This document shows, piece by piece, positions 6,866-14,489 of a stretch of DNA of 14,869 bases (position 1 is the stretch's first letter; each line of letters begins with the position of its first letter). Made by a program: the position numbers and the translations under genes. Source of the DNA: Pyrobaculum sp. (GTDB taxonomy: Archaea > Thermoproteota > Thermoprotei > Thermoproteales > Thermoproteaceae); NCBI GenBank assembly GCA_046293555.1, contig JBKBOT010000035.1, positions 1-14,869 of the forward strand, in the 5' to 3' direction. The notes beneath the pieces were generated by a model. The model had not been told where the DNA came from and did not search any database. It saw only the letters and a program-made list of their open reading frames with translations.

Positions 6866-7963
6866 ATGCGATACTCACTCCCGATCATAATCGCCATATT
6901 GGCGGTAGTCATATATCTGTCTCCCCATCAACACCACCACGTTTATAGTACTGTTTATAGTACATCACCCCCTCAAAACACTACTCCTTTGTTACAACCT
7001 TATGAGCGTGTAAACTCATCGATAATAGAGGACGTCATACAATTCTACCGCTCTAAGAATTTGACAACTCAATGTGGAAAGATAGAGGTGTATTTACGCC
7101 CGGATTTGAGGGGTTACGTCGGCATTGCTGAAGGCTGTACTATATACATAAAGCGTGTAGAGCCTTACGTCATCGCCCACGAGATTGCCCACTTGTTTAT
7201 CCCATTCCGCGGCGATTGGAGGCAGGAGTCGGTGGCTGACGGCATCGCGTTGGCATATCTACACGCCAAGGGTTACGATGTGCCGCGACGTAATGTCGAC
7301 GTGTATTTCACCAAACGGTTGTATGAGAGAAGTCCTTTCGACGCAAAAGAGGAGGAGTGGTACGATTATGCCGCGCCTTTTGCCTGGGTGGCACAAAACA
7401 CGACAGACTGGCGTTGGGCATATCAGCCGGAGGCAGTGTACTTACGTTTTCTTGAGGCGCTTAAGGATTGTGTTACGATTTTTGGCGTCAAGTATTGTCC
7501 GGAGTACACAGAAGTACGTAATGCTTACAACGAGTCCTTCAAGATGGCGCCATATACGGCGCGGTACTTCCGCATAAAAACGTCAGGGGATTTCGTTATC
7601 GTTAGTGACGGCTTTATTGAACGTATCTATCCACCGTCTGTCACAATTGCATATATTGATACTATTGGGAAAATACGTCGAATTGAGATAAGTTACGTCT
7701 ACATCCACGCCACAGCGTTTGTTGCCAAGATTAACGACGTCTACGTCACTGTGGTGTACTTAGAGGAGTCTAAAAACGGCAGACCCTACAAACCGGTAAA
7801 CGGTATACGTGATATAAACGACACTAGCATGATGTTTACAAACGGTATTGCTATATTAAAGACGTGGGAGCGTCCACAAGCTGTGACAATTTATAACAAA
7901 ACGGTAGAGGTTAGGCTTGCGGAACATATTTCAGCGGAGAAAGACAAGATCTGTGTGTCGTAA
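6866..7963 (+). CDS. Secreted or membrane-anchored zinc metallopeptidase (gluzincin-like)
   Basis: N-terminal signal/anchor helix; VIAHEIAH (HEXXH) followed by WRQESVAD (candidate third-ligand Glu); many N-x-S/T sequons (NTT, NSS, NLT, NES, NDT, NKT). Confidence 0.8.
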   Translation: MRYSLPIIIAILAVVIYLSPHQHHHVYSTVYSTSPPQNTTPLLQPYERVNSSIIEDVIQFYRSKNLTTQCGKIEVYLRPDLRGYVGIAEGCTIYIKRVEPYVIAHEIAHLFIPFRGDWRQESVADGIALAYLHAKGYDVPRRNVDVYFTKRLYERSPFDAKEEEWYDYAAPFAWVAQNTTDWRWAYQPEAVYLRFLEALKDCVTIFGVKYCPEYTEVRNAYNESFKMAPYTARYFRIKTSGDFVIVSDGFIERIYPPSVTIAYIDTIGKIRRIEISYVYIHATAFVAKINDVYVTVVYLEESKNGRPYKPVNGIRDINDTSMMFTNGIAILKTWERPQAVTIYNKTVEVRLAEHISAEKDKICVS

Positions 7964-7965
7964 CC

Positions 7966-8541
7966 CTACTCCACCTCTCTATCTCTTTCCCTTTTGCGCC
8001 TAGAGTAGCGCATAAGTAACTTCTTGGCGCGGTCAAGCAACTCGTTTGAATCCACCTCTTTTTCTAGTTCCTTAAGGTATTTTAAGGCATCTCTGGCAGA
8101 TTCCACCATTATTTTTTTCACCTCCTCATCGCCGTCCACCCCTCTTGCGAGGTGGAAGTTTTTAAAGTGGTATATGAAAAGCGCTGTTGCCTTGGGGTTT
8201 GCTGCGAACAGTCTGTGGAGAGATTTGACAACGTCGCGTTTCGACATATCTAGACCCTCGGCAAATACCTCGACGGCATATTCTCCAAGCGTCTCGTGGT
8301 CTATGTATATATAGTCAACCCAACGGGGGCCTCCATACAGCCTCATGGCCAGGCCGAATGTCCTATAGTCGTCAACCAGATTTCTATGTCTTCTCGATTC
8401 AAGATCCTCGTTGTCCTCCACAACTCTGACCCTTCTCTTGGCGGGGGTCTTCACCTCCTCCACCTCTGGCCCTCTTTCTTCCACCTCTAACTCCTCCACC
8501 TCTGGCTCTCTTTCCGCTCTTGTCTTAACCATGCGACCCAT
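7966..8541 (-). CDS. Hypothetical protein with charged, low-complexity N-terminus
   Basis: Start moved from 8670 to ATG 8541, which has TTAAATATA 26 nt upstream (8532 and 8553 are alternatives). E/R-rich N-terminus, helical core. Confidence 0.75.
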   Translation of the reverse strand: MGRMVKTRAEREPEVEELEVEERGPEVEEVKTPAKRRVRVVEDNEDLESRRHRNLVDDYRTFGLAMRLYGGPRWVDYIYIDHETLGEYAVEVFAEGLDMSKRDVVKSLHRLFAANPKATALFIYHFKNFHLARGVDGDEEVKKIMVESARDALKYLKELEKEVDSNELLDRAKKLLMRYSRRKRERDREVE

Positions 8542-8759
8542 GGAGGTGGGCATGTGGATATATTTAACAATTCTACGTGTCTGTAATCTTGGCGTGTGTG
8601 AGATAAAATTTGGGAAAAATAGTATATATATCCATACGATCTTTTGTATATGGCAACACGACGGAAACAAAAAAGAAATAGGAGGAGAGGTTATTGATTT
8701 GGCGCCACTCTATAGTTTGTTATAAACATTCCCTTTTTTATTTATATATTGTTTGAAAC

Positions 8760-9101
8760 ATGGAGATGGAGTTTGTGGATGTAAAGAGGGTGGTAGAACT
8801 GTATATATCTGGCATATCGGTGAACAACATCGCTAACATGTTGGGAGTTGGCACCAAGACGGTGTCTAAGATCTTGCGGAGACATGGCATATATGCCAAA
8901 CCTAAGGTTGTGGTTGAAGTGGAGTGTGTGATGTGTGGCGAGATGGGTTTTTTGACCCCCCTAAGGAGGGGGATATACGTAACACATATAAAAAACGGAA
9001 GGGTTACGCGTTGCTACGTTGGGGACGTGTCTACAGCCATGCGGAGATACCCATCCCTGCGGAAGTACTTCGGCAGTATTTTGAGCTCCGCCACGCCTTG
9101 A
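8760..9101 (+). CDS. HTH plus Zn-finger-like putative DNA-binding protein
   Basis: HTH: VVELYISGISVNNIANMLGVGTKTVSKILRRHG. C-terminal CVMCGEMG.L...IYVTH...RCYVG (CxxC..H..C). TATA spacing favours ATG 8766. Confidence 0.8.
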   Translation: MEMEFVDVKRVVELYISGISVNNIANMLGVGTKTVSKILRRHGIYAKPKVVVEVECVMCGEMGFLTPLRRGIYVTHIKNGRVTRCYVGDVSTAMRRYPSLRKYFGSILSSATP

Positions 9102-9922
9102 CTACATGACAGCTCGCGCTCCAGAGCGCGGAGCACGCCCCAGAGGTGGGGCGCTCTGCGTAACGTTAACATCACCTCGCCGCGGGTCATGTTAAACGTT
9201 TTGGCTAGCGATGTGTAGAGATCGCCGTCATATATCGCACAAAGCTCTCGCCTCAATTGTTCCAACGCCCTGGCGTTGATGTATGTGCCGGCATATTTCA
9301 CGAAGGTCCCCTGCAGATCGTTAAGTGCATCGTATGGCAGTTTTGTCTCTATGAAGAATACAGGCAGATTATGTAATACAGAATTATGTAGCTTCCAGCC
9401 TCCCCCCATCTTTGTCTTCTCCCCTTTCCTCTTCTTGCTCCCACTCTTAACCCTCTTTCTTTTTTCCCTGTCAGCTTGGGTCACCGAGGCGAGTTTTAGT
9501 ATTACCCTAGGCGTGATTCGAGGGACCTCTATTGGGCCTAATATATATTCATCGCCGTTGGTATAGTGTTTTTTCACGACGTAGTATATAACACGTGTGA
9601 TGTGTGGCTTTGGCGGTAACTCCATGTGGAAGAGCCTTGTGAAGACCTTTCTGAATTTGCCAAAGTGATAATACTTAATGCCGCCCTCTTTTAGCACATA
9701 GCCAACCTCTGCCACCAATCTATCGTATAGATCGCGACGTATGTAGACGTTGTTTGCGTTGACGAAGTGGTCCAACAAGCGACACATCCTAGCGGCGTAG
9801 AAGACCTCGTTGTAGTTAAGGCCCATCAGGCGACAGAAGTCTGTCAACACGACGGCATTTTGGAGGAGTTTCTCCATGGCGTTGCATCTCTTTGTGACCC
9901 TGTCTGTTTGGCCATGTGGCAT
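9014..9922 (-). CDS. Basic two-domain hypothetical protein, possibly nucleic-acid binding
   Basis: 302-aa ORF with a K/R-rich linker (REKRKRVKSGSKKRKGEK); TTTATAAA about 25 nt upstream; 88-nt convergent overlap with 8760..9101. Confidence 0.75.
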   Translation of the reverse strand: MPHGQTDRVTKRCNAMEKLLQNAVVLTDFCRLMGLNYNEVFYAARMCRLLDHFVNANNVYIRRDLYDRLVAEVGYVLKEGGIKYYHFGKFRKVFTRLFHMELPPKPHITRVIYYVVKKHYTNGDEYILGPIEVPRITPRVILKLASVTQADREKRKRVKSGSKKRKGEKTKMGGGWKLHNSVLHNLPVFFIETKLPYDALNDLQGTFVKYAGTYINARALEQLRRELCAIYDGDLYTSLAKTFNMTRGEVMLTLRRAPHLWGVLRALERELSCSQGVAELKILPKYFRRDGYLRMAVDTSPT

Positions 9923-10000
9923 GTTTTTATAACAATGTTTTATAAAGACTGCTGCCTTCTATGTTATGTAATATTTATATATAACGATGTGCATCCACAT

Positions 10001-10171
10001 ATGACAAAACTACAATTCTACGACGTCAAGGCAAAGAGGAAGTTTGCCACAAGTAGGTACAAAATAGTCAAAAAGAGGACCAAGAGCGGCGTTAGAACAT
10101 TCGCTGTGGCGAAATCGCCATATACTGGGATAACCGCGTATCGGATCGTCGGAGGGCGGGAGAGGGGTTAA
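10001..10171 (+). CDS. cc1: Crenarchaeal chromatin protein CC1 homologue (copy 2)
   Basis: MTKLQFYDVKAKRKFATSRYKIVKKRTKSGVRTFAVAKSPYTGITAYRIVG. This is the C-terminal 56 aa of track ORF 9767..10171; TTTATATA lies 27 nt before ATG 10001. Confidence 0.88.
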   Translation: MTKLQFYDVKAKRKFATSRYKIVKKRTKSGVRTFAVAKSPYTGITAYRIVGGRERG

Positions 10172-10419
10172 TGGATCGTTTCGAGGCGGTCGTTGCGACC
10201 GCCGTAGCCATATCTGTCGCCTTTTTTCTCATGGCTCCGTGGAGCGTCCTTACCGCATGCTACCCAATGCAACCGCTTTTGGGGGGCGCGATTGTCTACG
10301 CCATCTTTTCCGTGCTACATGCAAAATATGGAGAGAGGGTGGAGGGGGTTTTCACAAAATTGTTCTTTGTGTTTTTAGTCGCCATGTGGATACTCACCCT
10401 TGCGCCGCCTGTATGTTAA
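10171..10419 (+). CDS. Small 3-TM membrane protein
   Basis: Three hydrophobic segments; TAATG coupling to cc1 copy 2. Confidence 0.75.
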   Translation: MDRFEAVVATAVAISVAFFLMAPWSVLTACYPMQPLLGGAIVYAIFSVLHAKYGERVEGVFTKLFFVFLVAMWILTLAPPVC

Positions 10420-10675
10420 CCATATCATAAATAAGCTGTCTTAAACACAGCCACAGCCTCCCCTTGACGCACAACCTCCTCAACTTTTCCACAGCCTCGA
10501 CGTTGAGAGTGATGGTATGCGATCTGGTGCCCTTGGCCCGCGGCGCCTCTGTGAGGGGTTCTGTGCGGGACATGATGTAGCTCTCGACGCATTTGGACAC
10601 GTTTTCGCCACAGAGCTGTCGGAGTTTCTGCCACACGTCGTCTGGCACTGAGACGAAGGCGTTTACTGTAGACAT
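10394..10675 (-). CDS. Tandem ribbon-helix-helix-like protein (2 units)
   Basis: AFVSVPDDVWQKLRQLCGENVSKCVESYI and HTITLNVEAVEKLRRLC...LCLRQLI. Start set to ATG 10675, overlapping the upstream gene end. Confidence 0.65.
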   Translation of the reverse strand: MSTVNAFVSVPDDVWQKLRQLCGENVSKCVESYIMSRTEPLTEAPRAKGTRSHTITLNVEAVEKLRRLCVKGRLWLCLRQLIYDMVNIQAAQG

Positions 10676-11199
10676 GTCTGCCGCAGAAGCGCGTTTACAC
10701 ACTTGCCGGCCCACTGTTTAAACGTGGAGATCTCGCATTTCTCTACAAGCATCTCCACATGGCGTGGCGATAGGTACAACCTCCTGGGGGCACCGCGCCA
10801 GTTTAGATACGACATGTCTACCCTCTCCGCGGCCTCTATCAGCTCCTCGACGAAGTATTGTAGCTTCTTTCCACCACGTCGCCTGTCGACAGCCCTCCAC
10901 TCAGCCAGCGGGAGCCTCACGGAGATGTGGGCCATCTTCTCGACGGTTGTTTGAAGTCCACGTAACGCCGTGTAGACCGCGGCGGATATACATTTGCTAT
11001 ATGTGGTCCACCCGGCGCAGAGCTCCTCCACCCTCTTTACATCCTTTATACGGACAATTATGGGAGTGCTGTCTACAGGCGGTGCCTCATATGGCTGCGT
11101 GGCCTCGGCTAGGAGCTCCTCAAGACATCGCCTCTTACCGACACACCAAAGTGCAAGTTTTTTGAGAGCCTCCCTGTCTAGAAACATATGTGTAAGCAT
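10663..11199 (-). CDS. Multi ribbon-helix-helix-like protein (about 4 units)
   Basis: Repeated strand-helix-helix units, e.g. HISVRLPLAEWRAVDRRRGGKKLQYFVEELIE and IIVRIKDVKRVEELC...SKCISAAV. Confidence 0.6.
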   Translation of the reverse strand: MLTHMFLDREALKKLALWCVGKRRCLEELLAEATQPYEAPPVDSTPIIVRIKDVKRVEELCAGWTTYSKCISAAVYTALRGLQTTVEKMAHISVRLPLAEWRAVDRRRGGKKLQYFVEELIEAAERVDMSYLNWRGAPRRLYLSPRHVEMLVEKCEISTFKQWAGKCVNALLRQTCLQ

Positions 11200-11239
11200 G
11201 AAAATAAAAAATGTTTAAAAGAGACACGCGGATAGATAT

Positions 11240-11908
11240 ATGTCTAACAACCCCGCCCAGAGCTACACAGAGATGATGGCTGCGTACCGTAGGTACATAA
11301 GACAGCCCGTCGAAATGTCGAAAAACTACTCCGAGATGATGGCTGCGTACCAACGCAGGGAGAAGATAGAGGCTGAAAAAAACATCAAGAAGAGAGATGA
11401 AACTCCAAAAAACGTCGCAGCCTACAGGATGTTGAAAGGAGATAAAGACATGGAGGACGGTGAGAGGGAAGAGAAGAAGAAAAAGAGGGGGGACTTCCAA
11501 GTCCTGCGGATTGGAGTAGTTCCATGGGGCGTGAGGTATGAGGGCAAGGTATATACATTCAGGGGGATTGCGGATACGAAGTACGTAGACCTTCCAGACG
11601 GCAGGAGGGTCTATGCGATATCAAGCGGTATTAACAACTGGCGTATAGAGGTGGTTGATCCCAGGGAGCTTGGCTACCGGGTCCAGTTTATAGGCGATAA
11701 AGAGGTTCACTACGTGGAGCCCGGCATGGCGGTACAGATAGAGGGCGGAAGCCCATCATACCTGATATATGACGGCAAAAAAGAGTTGGTCAAGAAAGTT
11801 GGCGATATCTACTTCAAAGAGCTCCCAGACGGGCGGGTTGTCCAAATCCGCAAGAGTGGCGCCAGAAGATGGGTGGTGAAGATCGATCGACAGAGGGCCC
11901 TTGAATAA
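11240..11908 (+). CDS. Hypothetical protein with N-terminal helical repeats and a duplicated beta-rich domain
   Basis: SYTEMMAAY / NYSEMMAAY / NVAAY; two copies of Y(E/D)GK...LPDGRxV...SG...W. Confidence 0.85.
   Translation: MSNNPAQSYTEMMAAYRRYIRQPVEMSKNYSEMMAAYQRREKIEAEKNIKKRDETPKNVAAYRMLKGDKDMEDGEREEKKKKRGDFQVLRIGVVPWGVRYEGKVYTFRGIADTKYVDLPDGRRVYAISSGINNWRIEVVDPRELGYRVQFIGDKEVHYVEPGMAVQIEGGSPSYLIYDGKKELVKKVGDIYFKELPDGRVVQIRKSGARRWVVKIDRQRALE
11270..11351 (+). repeat. 19-bp exact direct repeat, 63-bp period
   Basis: GAGATGATGGCTGCGTACC at 11270 and 11333. Confidence 0.9.
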
Positions 11909-11935
11909 TATATTAATCTATATTATGTATGGTAT

Positions 11936-14452
11936 ATGGATAGGTGGTGGGAGCATGTAGGCCTTTCTATCATCAACAAGCCGAGAGAAGATACCCATGC
12001 CGTCAAGCTGGAGGTCAAAAAGTCGGAAGAAGTAGCCGGCAGGTGGTGGGAGAGGATAAAGCCCGGCGGCCAAGATGGGGGGGCTGGCCGGATGTACACA
12101 CCGCTGCCATCCACCATCTCGGTGAAGCTGCCGGAGCCAGAGAGGCCTTCGGTCAGCGCCCCCGGCGTGGGGAGAGTAGAGAGGCCTCCGAAGGAGCTAC
12201 CGCCACATCCCACATCCACAGAGGAGGCGCCGAGGCACGGCAAACCGACCGCCACACAGCCGGAGTCCACAAAGGAGAGGCCAGATAGGCCCCCAGACAC
12301 AAAACAAAAAGAGGAGCCCAAACCGGCTCCAAGGCTTGAGCCTCCAAAGTCAGAACCTGGGCCGCCACCAAAAGAGGAGTCTCCAAAGAGGCCTCCGGAC
12401 CACATCGTAAGTCCGCCACAGCCTCCAAAAGAGCCTCTAAAGCCGCCCCCTCCACCTAGGCCGGTAGAGCCTCCGATAAAAATACCGCCCTTACATCCAC
12501 CAAGGTCAGAGCCTAGACCAGAGCCTAAGCCGGTATCATCACAGCCGCCGGCTTCAAAACCGGTTCAACCATCTATACAACAAAATAGGACGGAGTCACA
12601 GAGGTCGAGGTCTGAGGGGGGAGATAAATCCAGTGGGCATGGCGGCGACCACAACCGCGTGGTGGATCCATATAGCGACTTCGAGACTTGTGTTAAACAT
12701 TACGGTGCACAACACTGTGAGGACTACTTTGTAAAGAGAAAGATGGGAGAAAACAAGAAGAGGGAAGAGCGGGATCGGTCGCCACAAGTCCAACCACAGC
12801 CTACACCACCACCTACACCACCACGACCACAGCCGTCAAGACCGCCGCCAAAAAACCTCATAGATGGAGAGTACACAACCGTGCCGCAGTTGGAGCGGAA
12901 CAAGGCCGTGTCGTCTAAACAGCCATCTACATCGCCACAGTCCGAACAAGCGTCGTCTAAACAGCCGCCCCCTACCCCCGCGTTTAACCGGCCGAGGAAT
13001 TTGATAGATGGAGAGTACACAACCGTGTTACAACTTGAACGCAATAAGGACACACAGACGTCCAAACCAATGACTTCAAGCCAGCGACCCTCACAACCCA
13101 AGCCTGAGCCGTCTAGGGGGAGTGCGGAGTCGCCCCCCACACCTATGTTCAACCGTCCACGTAATTTAATCGACAACGAAGTTGTTACGGTGCCACAGTT
13201 GGAACGTAACAAACAGCCTCCGACGAGACAACAACAATTGCCAACACCTCCACAACAACCTCAGCCTCCAAAAGAGCCACCAAAGCCAACACCTCCACAA
13301 CCTTCTCCACAACCTCAAATGAGAGAATCAAATATCCCAACTAGGCCTCCGGACCATGTCGTAAGTCCAACACAGCCTCCACCGCCTCCATCTCCACCTC
13401 CAAAGACGGAGCCTCCAAAGACGACAACTACTCAGTCCAGGGCTGAACAACAGAAAACTACAACGACAACCACAGCCGCCAGGCCTCCGGATTACGTCGT
13501 AGGACCACCTCCTCCACCTAGTCCTCCAAAGAAGGAGGAGAAGCCTAAGGAAACTAAGCCGGAGCCTCCAAAGCCATCGCCTCCTCCACCTCCACAGCCA
13601 AAGACAGAGACAAGACCTCAAACACAAACAACGACAACCACAGCCGCGAGGCCGGTGGACTACATCGTAGGGCCTCCATCTCCGCCGAAAACAACTAGTC
13701 AACCTCAGCCCAAGGCTGAGACGGAGCCAACACAGCCTCCATCTCCACCTCCAAAGACGGAGCCTAAGCCGGAGCCTCCAAAAGAGCCTCCAAGGAGGCC
13801 GTCGGATTACATCACAGGTCCGCCACAGCCAAGGCAGGAGGTTCCCACGCGACCGCCTGTACCTATGTTCAACCGGCCCAGAAACCTTATAGACAGCGAA
13901 GTTGTTACGGTACCACAACTGGAGCGGAATAAACAAACCCAACCGCCACGGCACTCTCTACCTCCACAACCACAAAGGCCTACGACGCCGCCCAAGGCTG
14001 AGCCACAGCCGAGGTCTACGACACAGCCGCCTGTCCCAGCGTTTAATCGGCCTAGGAACCTTATAGACAACGAGGTGTCTACGGTGCCACAACTTGAACG
14101 TATCCGTAGCGTGGCTGCTACAAACAGAGTAAGTCAAACCACACGGCCGGCAGTCGCTCAGCCGCCTCCAAGGCAAGAGGTTCAAAAACAACAACCTGCG
14201 GTACCTATGTTCAACCGTCCACGTAATTTAATCGACAACGAAGTTGTTACGGTGCCACAGTTGGAACGTAACAGAGATGTGTCGACACCATCTGCACAAC
14301 CCCCGGCGTCTAAACCGGAACCACCTAGAGAGATACCACGTGCCCCAGAGCCGCCCCCTGCCCCCGCATTTAACCGGCCAAAGAATTTGATAGATGGAGA
14401 GTACACAACCGTGCCGCAGTTGGAGCGGAACAAAAGGATACGGTATATATAA
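11936..14452 (+). CDS. 838-aa Pro/Gln/Thr-rich, largely disordered repeat protein
   Basis: Uninterrupted ORF with 2x RWWE at the N-terminus, 7x (FNRP)(R/K)NLIDxExxTVxQLER and 5x RPxD(H/Y)xx(S/G)P. No signal peptide or TM segment seen. Confidence 0.92.
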   Translation: MDRWWEHVGLSIINKPREDTHAVKLEVKKSEEVAGRWWERIKPGGQDGGAGRMYTPLPSTISVKLPEPERPSVSAPGVGRVERPPKELPPHPTSTEEAPRHGKPTATQPESTKERPDRPPDTKQKEEPKPAPRLEPPKSEPGPPPKEESPKRPPDHIVSPPQPPKEPLKPPPPPRPVEPPIKIPPLHPPRSEPRPEPKPVSSQPPASKPVQPSIQQNRTESQRSRSEGGDKSSGHGGDHNRVVDPYSDFETCVKHYGAQHCEDYFVKRKMGENKKREERDRSPQVQPQPTPPPTPPRPQPSRPPPKNLIDGEYTTVPQLERNKAVSSKQPSTSPQSEQASSKQPPPTPAFNRPRNLIDGEYTTVLQLERNKDTQTSKPMTSSQRPSQPKPEPSRGSAESPPTPMFNRPRNLIDNEVVTVPQLERNKQPPTRQQQLPTPPQQPQPPKEPPKPTPPQPSPQPQMRESNIPTRPPDHVVSPTQPPPPPSPPPKTEPPKTTTTQSRAEQQKTTTTTTAARPPDYVVGPPPPPSPPKKEEKPKETKPEPPKPSPPPPPQPKTETRPQTQTTTTTAARPVDYIVGPPSPPKTTSQPQPKAETEPTQPPSPPPKTEPKPEPPKEPPRRPSDYITGPPQPRQEVPTRPPVPMFNRPRNLIDSEVVTVPQLERNKQTQPPRHSLPPQPQRPTTPPKAEPQPRSTTQPPVPAFNRPRNLIDNEVSTVPQLERIRSVAATNRVSQTTRPAVAQPPPRQEVQKQQPAVPMFNRPRNLIDNEVVTVPQLERNRDVSTPSAQPPASKPEPPREIPRAPEPPPAPAFNRPKNLIDGEYTTVPQLERNKRIRYI
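12848..14436 (+). repeat. Dispersed coding repeat, 7 copies of about 66 bp
   Basis: Copies at about 12848, 12983, 13148, 13868, 14042, 14210 and 14369. 13141-13211 is identical to 14203-14273 (71 bp); 12860-12903 is identical to 14390-14433 (44 bp). Confidence 0.95.
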
Positions 14453-14489
14453 TAGATAAAATAATATAAATATCTCTGTTAGTATAGAC

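Noticed and set aside
8575-8759. Longest intergenic region as an origin or ncRNA
   Set aside because: Only a weak CCATA...TATGG hairpin and AT tracts; divergent promoters account for it, and no iterons or ORB-like boxes were seen.
8760-9101. Integrase call, from resemblance of the Y-V-x-H...CY-x-G segment to fusellovirus integrase N-terminal regions
   Set aside because: No tyrosine-recombinase catalytic domain, att site or tRNA is visible.
9767-10000. N-terminal extension of cc1 copy 2 in the ORF track
   Set aside because: It overlaps the divergent gene and the promoter region; CC1 similarity and TATA spacing both begin at ATG 10001.
12848-14436. Dispersed repeats as a CRISPR array, given the nearby Cas8-like gene
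   Set aside because: Units are about 66 bp, in frame, vary at synonymous positions and are irregularly spaced (about 135-720 bp). They are coding repeats.
11936-14452. Direct assignment as TTV1 TPX or an S-layer/adhesin protein
   Set aside because: No signal peptide or membrane anchor, and the repeats are not simple Thr-Pro-X units. The similarity is compositional only.
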